NCBI GenBank assembly: GCA_025450475.1
Contig: JANWHJ010000038.1
Span: forward strand, 1-37,837
Length of the DNA: 37,837 nt
Origin: Nitrososphaera sp.
GTDB lineage: Archaea; Thermoproteota; Nitrososphaeria; Nitrososphaerales; Nitrososphaeraceae
Reading direction: 5' to 3'
The notes under the pieces were generated by a model. It saw only the letters and a program-made list of their open reading frames with translations. It had not been told where the DNA came from and did no database searches. Both the position numbers and the translations under genes were made by a program. This document shows positions 17,941-25,287 of this stretch, in pieces (within the stretch, counting starts at the first letter, position 1; each line of letters opens with the position of its first letter).

Positions 17941-18054
17941 CGCCCGGGCCGGGATTCGAACCCGGGTCGGAGGAGTGACAGTCCCCCATACTGGACCGGA
18001 CTGTACGATTCTGGTTCACTCAGAAACAACCAGGTATCTCTATACTACCCGGGC
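17941..18054 (-). tRNA. tRNA-Asp(GUC) with a 39-nt intron at position 15/16 (intron 18001..18039); CCA not encoded
   Basis: Spliced sequence GCCCGGG TA GTAT AG^TCCGGTCCA GTAT G GGGGA CTGTCAC TCCTC CGAC CCGGG TTCGAAT CCCGG CCCGGGC G folds into a full cloverleaf; TTTTAATT about 30 nt upstream. Confidence 0.95.
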
Positions 18055-18281
18055 GCACGTAATCCGACCTTTGTAAAACCAATTAAAACGTTTTGGTTCC
18101 ATCGCTGCTCCACAGGTCACCATTATTAAGCCGCTACCAATTTTGCAATACCATTTTGGAATAGAGCTGCCGGCCTCCAAATTCGAGAACGCGATGGAGC
18201 ATCTGGCGATCACGGAACAAAAGAACCAGGCTATCTACCAGGGCGAGATCACGCTTCGACTCTACCCAAGAACCTGAGTTA

Positions 18282-18314
18282 TTGCTAAAATTTATTAGCA
18301 AGTCAGTAATTACT
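18282..18314. promoter_or_regulatory. Inverted repeats over the promoter of the HxlR-family gene
   Basis: TTGCTAA-N6-TTAGCAA (18282-18301) spans the TATA-like TTTATTA; a perfect palindrome AGTAATTACT lies at 18305-18314. Confidence 0.55.
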
Positions 18315-18321
18315 ACTAGGT

Positions 18322-18681
18322 ATGCCTGAGGAACCAATAGACGGCAAGGGCATTACATGCGCAGTCGTGGGAGTTTGGGAAGTACTTGGAAGGAGGTGGT
18401 CTCTTCATATCTTGAAGAACCTCAGCACCAAACAAGTCATCAGGTTCAATGAGCTAAAGAGATCATTGTCGGGCATCAGCAGCACGGTATTGTCAGAGCG
18501 CCTGTTGGAATTAGAGCGAGAAGGACTAGTTACAAAAAAGATCTACCCTGAGGTGCCTCCAAGGGTAGAGTACACCATCACGCCCCAGGCAAAAGAGCTT
18601 GAAGTCATAATTAAAGAATTGGCCCGGTGGGCCAACAAGTGGAAGGGCCCGGAAATAAAACTACTAGCTGCGAAAAAATAG
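18322..18681 (+). CDS. HxlR/DUF24 family winged-helix transcriptional regulator
   Basis: N-terminal Cys (TCAV), RWSLHIL, RFNELKRSLSGISSTVLSERLLELE and PPRVEYTIT. Confidence 0.93.
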   Translation: MPEEPIDGKGITCAVVGVWEVLGRRWSLHILKNLSTKQVIRFNELKRSLSGISSTVLSERLLELEREGLVTKKIYPEVPPRVEYTITPQAKELEVIIKELARWANKWKGPEIKLLAAKK

Positions 18682-19344
18682 CTAGAGCAGCTTCTGGAAA
18701 TGCTGGTTCTGCGCGGTGACTACGCCTACTTCGACCACAGGCCTCTCGCCAAGCGCCTTTTCTATCGCCTTGTTGCTTAGATCGACTGCCTGCTCAACGC
18801 TCATGTCGGCGCTGTATTCGCGTTGCACCACGTCCAGCGCAATGTCAGACGACTGACCTATTGCAAAGCCAGAACCACGCATGAACGTGCCACTTGGGTC
18901 AACCTGGTAGAGCTGTATGCCTGTCTGGTCAACGCCGGCCACGATTACCGAAGCTGCCTGGGGCCTGACTGCATAAATCGTATAGTTGTGAAGGAACGAT
19001 CCCAAGTGCTTTGCAAGCGACCCGACGTCTATCGGACTTTCAAAGTTGAGTCTGTGCTTTTGCGCTTCAAGCCTCAGTTCTTCAATCAACTGCAAGATGT
19101 CGCCGATGTAGCCTGAGCCTGTTGCCCCGGCGTGACCGTCAATCACGAATATCTTTTCAGCCGGGTCTATCAGGGGCCTGACAGGTTTGATATGACTTGC
19201 CAGCAGCGCAAACGACGGCGTTTTTATTCCTATTGTAGTCGACCCTCTCTTTACTGCTTCGAGCGCGCTGTCGACCAGCACCAGCCGGCCTTCAGGCCCG
19301 TAAAAGTATGGGTACCTTGATCCGTAGTTTCCAGCCTCTGCCAT
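18682..19344 (-). CDS. psmA: Divergent 20S proteasome alpha-type subunit
   Basis: PEGRL, EAVKRGSTTIGI, EKIF, RP, AGVD, DPSG and AIG motifs; canonical YDR/FSP N-terminal motif replaced. Confidence 0.88.
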   Translation of the reverse strand: MAEAGNYGSRYPYFYGPEGRLVLVDSALEAVKRGSTTIGIKTPSFALLASHIKPVRPLIDPAEKIFVIDGHAGATGSGYIGDILQLIEELRLEAQKHRLNFESPIDVGSLAKHLGSFLHNYTIYAVRPQAASVIVAGVDQTGIQLYQVDPSGTFMRGSGFAIGQSSDIALDVVQREYSADMSVEQAVDLSNKAIEKALGERPVVEVGVVTAQNQHFQKLL

Positions 19345-19920
19345 TTACCTTGCGACCTCCAATACAAGATTCGGGATCACTAGCACGTCGATACCGTTGC
19401 CAGAGCCGGGGTCGCGCTCCATAGCGGCGGATACTGCCTTCGTGGCAATCACCTTGGCTTCGTCGTTCGTGATATCTTTGTGGTACGTGCTCTCAAGCAC
19501 ACCGTACGCGATGGGTGAACCCGAGCCAGAAGATGCAAAGTCCTCACTCGTTATCGCACCGCTCATGTCTGCAGCGTAGATGTGCGCGCCATCCTGATCA
19601 ACACCGGCAACCAGCAATTCAACAAAATACGGCTGGAAGTTCTTCATACCCGAATACGCAAGGTTGGCGATCAATCGCGCAGACTCCTTGACTGTCAATG
19701 GAAATCCTCTCCGCAGCTCGATAAGCTTGCGCTCAGCCTTTGCCATTTTGATCAGATATTCGGCGTCAGACAGCTGCCCAGCTATTGCAACTGCGAGCGT
19801 TTCGTCCATCTTTGCTATCTTTTGCGTTATTTTCGACCCGATGAAAAAGCCCTTGCTTGCCCTCTTGTCAGAGCCTAGCACAACCCCTTCACTGGTCTTG
19901 ATGCCTACTATCGTTGTCAT
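19345..19920 (-). CDS. psmB: 20S proteasome beta-type subunit without propeptide
   Basis: M-TTIVG; Thr1, Asp17 and Lys33 at canonical spacing; GSGS and RD..SG motifs; stop abuts the alpha start. Confidence 0.92.
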   Translation of the reverse strand: MTTIVGIKTSEGVVLGSDKRASKGFFIGSKITQKIAKMDETLAVAIAGQLSDAEYLIKMAKAERKLIELRRGFPLTVKESARLIANLAYSGMKNFQPYFVELLVAGVDQDGAHIYAADMSGAITSEDFASSGSGSPIAYGVLESTYHKDITNDEAKVIATKAVSAAMERDPGSGNGIDVLVIPNLVLEVAR

Positions 19921-19949
19921 GTCATAATATACTGAGGTGCCAGGTAAAT

Positions 19950-19975
19950 TGACCGGCTATGCTGGAAAATGGTCA
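19950..19975. promoter_or_regulatory. TGACC-N16-GGTCA operator-like site upstream of proteasome beta
   Basis: TGACC GGCTATGCTGGAAAAT GGTCA, starting 30 bp from the start codon (19920). Confidence 0.75.
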
Positions 19976-19978
19976 CAG

Positions 19979-20695
19979 CTAGTTGTAAGAAAAGTGGTGG
20001 TCAACTGCATATGCACCCAGCAGGCTCTGCATGGCCCTTGTAATATGTTGATAGATCGCGTACGATCCCACCATCGCGTCCACCTTTTCCTTTTCGGCAA
20101 ACGCGTTGGTCTCGATGACGATGTAGTCAGAGATCATGCGCAGGTTGATCTGGAACGAGCCGTCGTCGCTTGACCATTGGAGGGTGTAGCCGGTGCCGCT
20201 CTCAATCATGCCTATCCACCGGAGGTTCTTGAACCACTTCCCCACCAGCTGACGCACGATTTCAACAGCCCTGACCTTTAGCGGAATATGCGACTGCAAC
20301 AGCTGCATGTATTCTCTGCCTTTTGGGCTATGCTGGCCGACTCTCGAAATCCCGGCTCCGCCGTCCTTGCTGAGCCTATAGCCCACCTGTGACTTTTCCA
20401 CCAGCCCCATTTCTTCGAGTCTGTGCAATGCCCTTGACAAACTCTGCTGATGTAAGTTGAGCTTGCGCATCAGGCCCTTGAAGGAATAGTTCGACCCGGC
20501 TTCGTTTAACGCTGAAAGGACCTTGTTGTCGTTGTTGTGAAAATCTGCCGCTGAAAGAGCTTCATCTTCGACGAGTATTTGCGCGGTCTGGCCAGAAATC
20601 ACTTCTTTTTCTTTTACAGAATCCGCTGACTTCGTCTCTTCTTTGAGGGTTGATTTCTCCTGCGCGTCTCCTTCCACTTGCATGCTATGGTCCAC
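19979..20695 (-). CDS. Winged helix-turn-helix domain protein with C-terminal alpha/beta domain
   Basis: SFKGLMRKLNLHQQSLSRALHRLEEMGLVEKSQVGYRLS wHTH pattern; start uncertain (GTG 20695 or ATG 20683). Confidence 0.8.
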   Translation of the reverse strand: MDHSMQVEGDAQEKSTLKEETKSADSVKEKEVISGQTAQILVEDEALSAADFHNNDNKVLSALNEAGSNYSFKGLMRKLNLHQQSLSRALHRLEEMGLVEKSQVGYRLSKDGGAGISRVGQHSPKGREYMQLLQSHIPLKVRAVEIVRQLVGKWFKNLRWIGMIESGTGYTLQWSSDDGSFQINLRMISDYIVIETNAFAEKEKVDAMVGSYAIYQHITRAMQSLLGAYAVDHHFSYN

Positions 20696-20751
20696 TCCGC
20701 GAAATATAAGTTGTGAAGTAACTAACCAGTGAGTTAGTAAGCAAAATACTA

Positions 20752-21051
20752 CTAGTACACCTCTATCGAGTCTTCCTTGAAGCCCATTTTTACCAGCAGG
20801 CCCTTTGTCGCTTCCCTGTGATCGCCCTGGAGGATTATCTGGCCGTCCTTGAACGTGCCTCCCGTGCCTATGCTGGTCTTGAGCTGCCGCGTTACATCCT
20901 TGGCATTGTGGTTGTCCTGAAGGCCCGACACAACCGTCACCGGCTTGCGGAATTTTCTAACGTCCTTTGTAATCACGATGCTCGTCTCTCCCTTTTCGAT
21001 TTCTTTAATGAGATCGTCCATCGAATCATGGTCCGACACTAGAGTTGTCAT
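20752..21051 (-). CDS. SUI1/aIF1 (YciH) family translation factor homologue
   Basis: KPVTVVSGL, LKTSIGTGGTFKDGQIILQGDHR motifs. Confidence 0.9.
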   Translation of the reverse strand: MTTLVSDHDSMDDLIKEIEKGETSIVITKDVRKFRKPVTVVSGLQDNHNAKDVTRQLKTSIGTGGTFKDGQIILQGDHREATKGLLVKMGFKEDSIEVY

Positions 21052-21090
21052 CAAAGTCCACGCTTTTGAGCGTTGTTATTGCAAAAAAGG

Positions 21091-22026
21091 TCACGGGCGC
21101 TCATCCACCTGTATCGGAACCTGGAGCTGGCGCCCGTAGCGGTTGACAGTCAGTGTTAACTGGTCATTCACTTGCTTTTTGCGCACGTGCGAAGCGATCT
21201 GCGATGGATCCTCAACCCTGCTGCCATCTATGCCTTCAATGATGTCCCCCTTGCGCAATCCAGCGTCGTCTGCCGGGCTGTAGGGCTCCACCTTTGCAAT
21301 GAGTGCGCCTTCTCTTGCAGGCAGCCCGTAATAGCGCGCCAGCTGCGGTGTGACTTTCATCGACGCAACGCCTATCCATGGTCTTGTTACCCTACCCTTC
21401 TCCATCAGCTCTTTCAAGATCGACTTAGCGGTGTTTATCGGGACTGCAAACCCGATTCCCTGCGCGTAGGGCATATTGGCAGTATTGATCGCGATCACTT
21501 CTCCTTTCGTGTTGATAAGCGGCCCGCCCGAGTTGCCGGGGTTGATCGCCGCGTCAGTCTGTATGAGCTCTAGCACGCTGCTACTTGCCTGTATACTCCG
21601 ATTGAGTGAGCTGACAATGCCCGCGGTCACTGCTGGACCGCCGGTCAGCCCGAACGGGTTGCCGATTGCCATCACTATCTGACCGGCTTTGAGGTCATCG
21701 GAGTTGCCAAGCTCTGCGGCAGGTAGCGGCTGCTCGGCCTCTACCTTGATCACGGCAAGGTCAGTCATGTCGTCATTACCCACGACCCTGCCTCTGAGCA
21801 CCCTACCATCACTCAGCGTCACCTTGAGCCTCTCTGCGTCTTCGATTACGTGGTTGTTCGTCAGCATGTATCCTTTTTCGTCAATGACCACGCCCGAGCC
21901 GACCCCCTCGACGGGAAAGACTCTGAACAGCTGGTCCTGCAACATCCTGACGCTTGCAATGTTGACTACACTCTTGCCCACCTTTTCTACAGCGTTAACA
22001 AGCACGTCTTCAGGAACAGGTATCAT
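21091..22026 (-). CDS. HtrA/DegP-family serine protease with one PDZ domain, no signal peptide or TM helix
   Basis: GSGVV, TNNHV, DLAVIKV, IQTDAAINPGNSGGPL; C-terminal PDZ (SPADDAGLRKGDII). Confidence 0.95.
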   Translation of the reverse strand: MIPVPEDVLVNAVEKVGKSVVNIASVRMLQDQLFRVFPVEGVGSGVVIDEKGYMLTNNHVIEDAERLKVTLSDGRVLRGRVVGNDDMTDLAVIKVEAEQPLPAAELGNSDDLKAGQIVMAIGNPFGLTGGPAVTAGIVSSLNRSIQASSSVLELIQTDAAINPGNSGGPLINTKGEVIAINTANMPYAQGIGFAVPINTAKSILKELMEKGRVTRPWIGVASMKVTPQLARYYGLPAREGALIAKVEPYSPADDAGLRKGDIIEGIDGSRVEDPSQIASHVRKKQVNDQLTLTVNRYGRQLQVPIQVDERP

Positions 22027-22055
22027 GACCCTATATTGGACAATCCCGGGTAAAT

Positions 22056-22081
22056 TGACCAGCTATTTTAAAACCCGGTCA
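22056..22081. promoter_or_regulatory. TGACC-N16-GGTCA operator-like site upstream of HtrA
   Basis: TGACC AGCTATTTTAAAACCC GGTCA, 30 bp from the start codon (22026); flanks GGTAAAT and CAGC are identical to the beta site. Confidence 0.75.
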
Positions 22082-22288
22082 CAGCAAATCATTTGATCGC
22101 AGGCAACTATTTTTCTTCTGCAATAACACTGAGATAGCGATCCGGTACACCAAGCCAATGGTTTGATATGGCTACACGTTGTCGTACGTGAAATACAAAA
22201 TCAATTTGAGCGGCTAGGGCCTAACAGGCTTCAAAAACTGCCGCCTCTGCAAACGCCGGTCATTTGCGGCAAGAACATGATTTCCTGA

Positions 22289-22879
22289 TCATGGCCTGTA
22301 GTGAGCAGCAAAGGTGTCCTCCTCACTCGATCCAAGGTCGCGCGCAAACTGATCGATGATCAGCCTGCCATACACCACCAGATCGCGTGACATCATCTGC
22401 AACCTTTTGGATAGCTTTGCGTTTACTATTTCTCCCCCAGTGAAGTCCTGCGGGCCGCTTATCGACACACCGTAGGGCATGCTCCATCCGTAGCACTGAC
22501 GCACAGCCGTCCGCATTTGGTCCATCACAGTCAGCCCCTTCTCGTGAGAAGCCACAACGTAGCCAAAGACCTTGCCTCCAAATTCCTGGTAAAAGTGGTC
22601 GAGAAAATTCTTTAAAGCGCCAGACATCGAGCCGTGATAGTCTGGCGACGCGAGGATGAACGCGTCAGCCCACGCTACTGCTTCAGCTGCCAGCTCCACT
22701 GCCTTTGATTCCGGTGCGTTAGGGTCATACAGTGACAAAACGGTCTTGCTGAGCTCTAACATCCTTATCTCCGCGCCTTGCTTTTTGGCATGTGCCAATG
22801 CAATAGTTAACGCCTGCGTGCTGTACGAGCCATTGCGGGTGCTCCCCGCCACTCCTAGCACGTTGAAAGTCGCTTTCAT
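22289..22879 (-). CDS. NAD(P)H-dependent FMN reductase
   Basis: GSTRNGSYS and ASPDYHGSMSGALKNFLD motifs. Confidence 0.92.
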   Translation of the reverse strand: MKATFNVLGVAGSTRNGSYSTQALTIALAHAKKQGAEIRMLELSKTVLSLYDPNAPESKAVELAAEAVAWADAFILASPDYHGSMSGALKNFLDHFYQEFGGKVFGYVVASHEKGLTVMDQMRTAVRQCYGWSMPYGVSISGPQDFTGGEIVNAKLSKRLQMMSRDLVVYGRLIIDQFARDLGSSEEDTFAAHYRP

Positions 22880-22908
22880 CTCTATTACTGCAATACGCCG
22901 GGATTAAT

Positions 22909-22934
22909 CGACCGGCTTTTCCGCAATCTGGTCA
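22909..22934. promoter_or_regulatory. CGACC-N16-GGTCA operator-like site upstream of FMN reductase
   Basis: CGACC GGCTTTTCCGCAATCT GGTCA, 30 bp from the start codon (22879). Confidence 0.7.
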
Positions 22935-22936
22935 CG

Positions 22937-23662
22937 TCAGTTGCTGATCGCATATTTCTCTGGTAGGTCAAGCAGGATTAGTTCGGTCGGCTTTTCAGCC
23001 TCCATTATCAGCCTGCTTTCATCCTCTACCTTTGCCGCATCCCTCGTCTCCAGCGCACTGTTGTTAAGCTTTATACTGCCCTCAATGACAAATACGTACG
23101 CCTTGCGATCCTTGGCAAGATAATGTTCTATCTTGGTTCCGGGCCACAAGGATGAAACATAGATCGTGGCGTCCTGGTGGATATAGAGTTTTTGACCGTC
23201 CTTTGCGTTTTCCGGCACTATTACCGGCAAAAGCTTGTTTGTCCTTTCTTCCTTGCCGAATCTGCGCTGCTCCCATGACGGGTCGAGACCGCGCCTGTTC
23301 GCAAAGAGCCACATCTGCAGGAGCCTGAGCGGCTTTTCCGTAGAGTGGTTGTATTCAGAGTGCATGATGCCAGAACCAGCTGTCATCCTTTGAATCTCGC
23401 CGGGATGGATGACGCCTTGGTTGCCCTGGTTGTCCTTGTGTTCCAGCTCTCCGTTAATAACGTAGGTTACGATTTCCATGTCTCGGTGAGGGTGGAAGCC
23501 AAAACCCGTACCAGGCTGTACGATGTCGTCGTTGAAGACACGCAGCGGTCCAAAGTTCATCTTCTGTGGATCCTGATAGTGAGCGAAAGAAAAGTGCCAG
23601 TACGTTGACAGCCAGTATTCTTCGTTATGGTAATGCTCGTCTGACCTGATAATCTTTATCAT
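22937..23662 (-). CDS. Pirin family protein (YhhW-like)
   Basis: HFSFA.Y.DP..MNFGPLRVFNDD, GFGFHPHRDMEI, MTAGSGIMHSEYN; ATG at 23662 with CTTAAATA upstream. Confidence 0.95.
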   Translation of the reverse strand: MIKIIRSDEHYHNEEYWLSTYWHFSFAHYQDPQKMNFGPLRVFNDDIVQPGTGFGFHPHRDMEIVTYVINGELEHKDNQGNQGVIHPGEIQRMTAGSGIMHSEYNHSTEKPLRLLQMWLFANRRGLDPSWEQRRFGKEERTNKLLPVIVPENAKDGQKLYIHQDATIYVSSLWPGTKIEHYLAKDRKAYVFVIEGSIKLNNSALETRDAAKVEDESRLIMEAEKPTELILLDLPEKYAISN

Positions 23663-23866
23663 GCCATTCCAATGGATTGCAGAATATTTAAGCGTGGTAG
23701 CAATTCCTGACCTAGTTAGTTTGTCACATCCACTCAAGTAAGCCCAGGCTTACCGCGTAACATTTCGGGAAAAAGCGGTTGTCTCGAGCAGCCTCTTGCC
23801 TGAAGACAGCATCATCTGTGGCAAGATTACCGAGAAACTCAGGCTACCAAACCCGTTCAAATAATG

Positions 23867-24541
23867 CTAGTCACGCTTTTCCATGTTCTGCAGCGGGATC
23901 GCAACTTTGGGCTTGACCAATAGATCCTGTTGTGCACCCGCTGGCTCTTGCCCTTGTTGGTTGCCGGCCTGTGGACCGTCGCCGATCTGCTTGGTCCTCG
24001 TAAGGAACTCCTTGAGGATCTTGCTGCGTTCATCTCCCATCTCGCTCGTCTTCACTTCAAAAACGCCATGAATGACCAACCTATCATCCTTCTGGTACAG
24101 CCCGACCTCAATGAGGCCGTGACCATTATTTATTATCGCGCGCCTCATACTTTCTTCAAGGAGCTGCGAATCGGGGTAGGGGCGCGGGATATAGGAAATT
24201 ACCTCGTCGATTATAGTGTCACCGTAAACCATGACAGGATTACTGATGAGCATGTAGTTTGGCACCTTGATAAGCCGGCCTGTGCGTACGGACGGTAGGC
24301 GCTCGCCGTCGCCGACTTCCATGACTGTGGTTCTCATCATGCCGATCTCCATAATGTCTCCTTTTGTGACAGAGCCACCAGAGCTGATCTTGATCCTGTT
24401 GCCCACCTTGATGTCTTTCGTCTTCTTGATGACCACTGTCGCAACGAGGTCAGCGATATAGTCCTTGAAGACGAATGACATGCCAAGCGAGCTGAATATA
24501 CTCATCAGTGGCAAGATGGTGGCAAGATCCCACGCTTCCAT
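23867..24541 (-). CDS. MscS-family mechanosensitive channel-like protein (short)
   Basis: Hydrophobic N-terminus, FKDYIADL, IKVGNRIKI, GDIMEIGMMRT and VPN motifs of the MscS beta domain. Confidence 0.75.
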   Translation of the reverse strand: MEAWDLATILPLMSIFSSLGMSFVFKDYIADLVATVVIKKTKDIKVGNRIKISSGGSVTKGDIMEIGMMRTTVMEVGDGERLPSVRTGRLIKVPNYMLISNPVMVYGDTIIDEVISYIPRPYPDSQLLEESMRRAIINNGHGLIEVGLYQKDDRLVIHGVFEVKTSEMGDERSKILKEFLTRTKQIGDGPQAGNQQGQEPAGAQQDLLVKPKVAIPLQNMEKRD

Positions 24542-24619
24542 TACTGCTGTTGTTCACCACGCAATCGGGTTAAGCCGTTGACTTGAAAAGTTCTAACAAA
24601 GGCATGAAAAACTCTTACA

Positions 24620-24733
24620 CTAAATAGATATCCGCTTTGCACACGAGAGGCACTCGACCTTGGTCTTTTCGTTGTTCTCAATAACTTTAAACTTTTTTGA
24701 CCCGCATGCAGGGCAAATGGGGCAAGCTCTCAA
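24620..24733 (-). CDS. 37-aa CPxCG zinc-ribbon microprotein (not in ORF track)
   Basis: TTG start; MRACPICPACGSKKFKVIENNEKTKVECLSCAKRISI*; 14 nt after the nadM stop with a G-rich spacer. Confidence 0.6.
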   Translation of the reverse strand: MRACPICPACGSKKFKVIENNEKTKVECLSCAKRISI

Positions 24734-24747
24734 GCCCTTTCCCACAA

Positions 24748-25287
24748 CTACCACCTTTGCGGGTTGGTGTCAGACCCTGCTAGCACCTTCATCCTCTCGA
24801 CACCGTTTACCTGCTCGATCACTCTTGCGACCGCCGCCGGGACGAGCTGTTTCCACTTGTTTCCCCTAAGTATGAGGCGACGGATGGTCGTGCCGTTGTA
24901 CTCGTTTTTTCTTGCAAACTTGGGGCTCTTGACTGAAATGTCATTCTGAGAGCGAGCAAGGTGTCTCACAAAGTCATTCCCGGAGTACAGCGCGTCAAAC
25001 GGAGGAGCCATCGATCTGACGTAGGCGATCCATCGGAAGTTGTTCTCGTCGTTCATTACGGGTATGATGTAGCACTTTGAGAGGTCAACTTTTGCTTCTT
25101 TGAAAGCCTCGTGTATCATCATTGCCCTCTCGCCAGCGGTGAAAGGGTCCTTGTCTATAAAGTTGAACTGTGCACTGCCAATCACTACTACCAGCTCATC
25201 ATACTCTGCCAAAACTTGCTTTGCAAGTGCAAGGTGGCCGTTGTGAAACGGTTGGAACCGTCCCGTAATGAGCCCGCGCGTTGTCAT
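24748..25287 (-). CDS. nadM: Nicotinamide-nucleotide adenylyltransferase
   Basis: GRFQPFHNGH, IGSAQ, PFTAGER and GTTIR motifs. Confidence 0.95.
   Translation of the reverse strand: MTTRGLITGRFQPFHNGHLALAKQVLAEYDELVVVIGSAQFNFIDKDPFTAGERAMMIHEAFKEAKVDLSKCYIIPVMNDENNFRWIAYVRSMAPPFDALYSGNDFVRHLARSQNDISVKSPKFARKNEYNGTTIRRLILRGNKWKQLVPAAVARVIEQVNGVERMKVLAGSDTNPQRW

Noticed and set aside
18143-18277. 44-codon frame LQYHFGIELPASKFENAMEHL... resembling a glyoxalase/VOC fragment
   Set aside because: Similarity is short and subjective; may be a remnant but cannot be supported without a search.
17941-23662. tRNA-anchored integrated mobile element
   Set aside because: No integrase, no duplicated tRNA end (att site), and the cluster lies on the 5' side of the tRNA.
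23708-23727. TGACC...GTCAC inverted repeat upstream of pirin as a fourth copy of the regulon motif
   Set aside because: The spacer is shorter (TGAC-N11-GTCA) and the distance to the start (46 bp) does not match the 16-bp/30-bp geometry.
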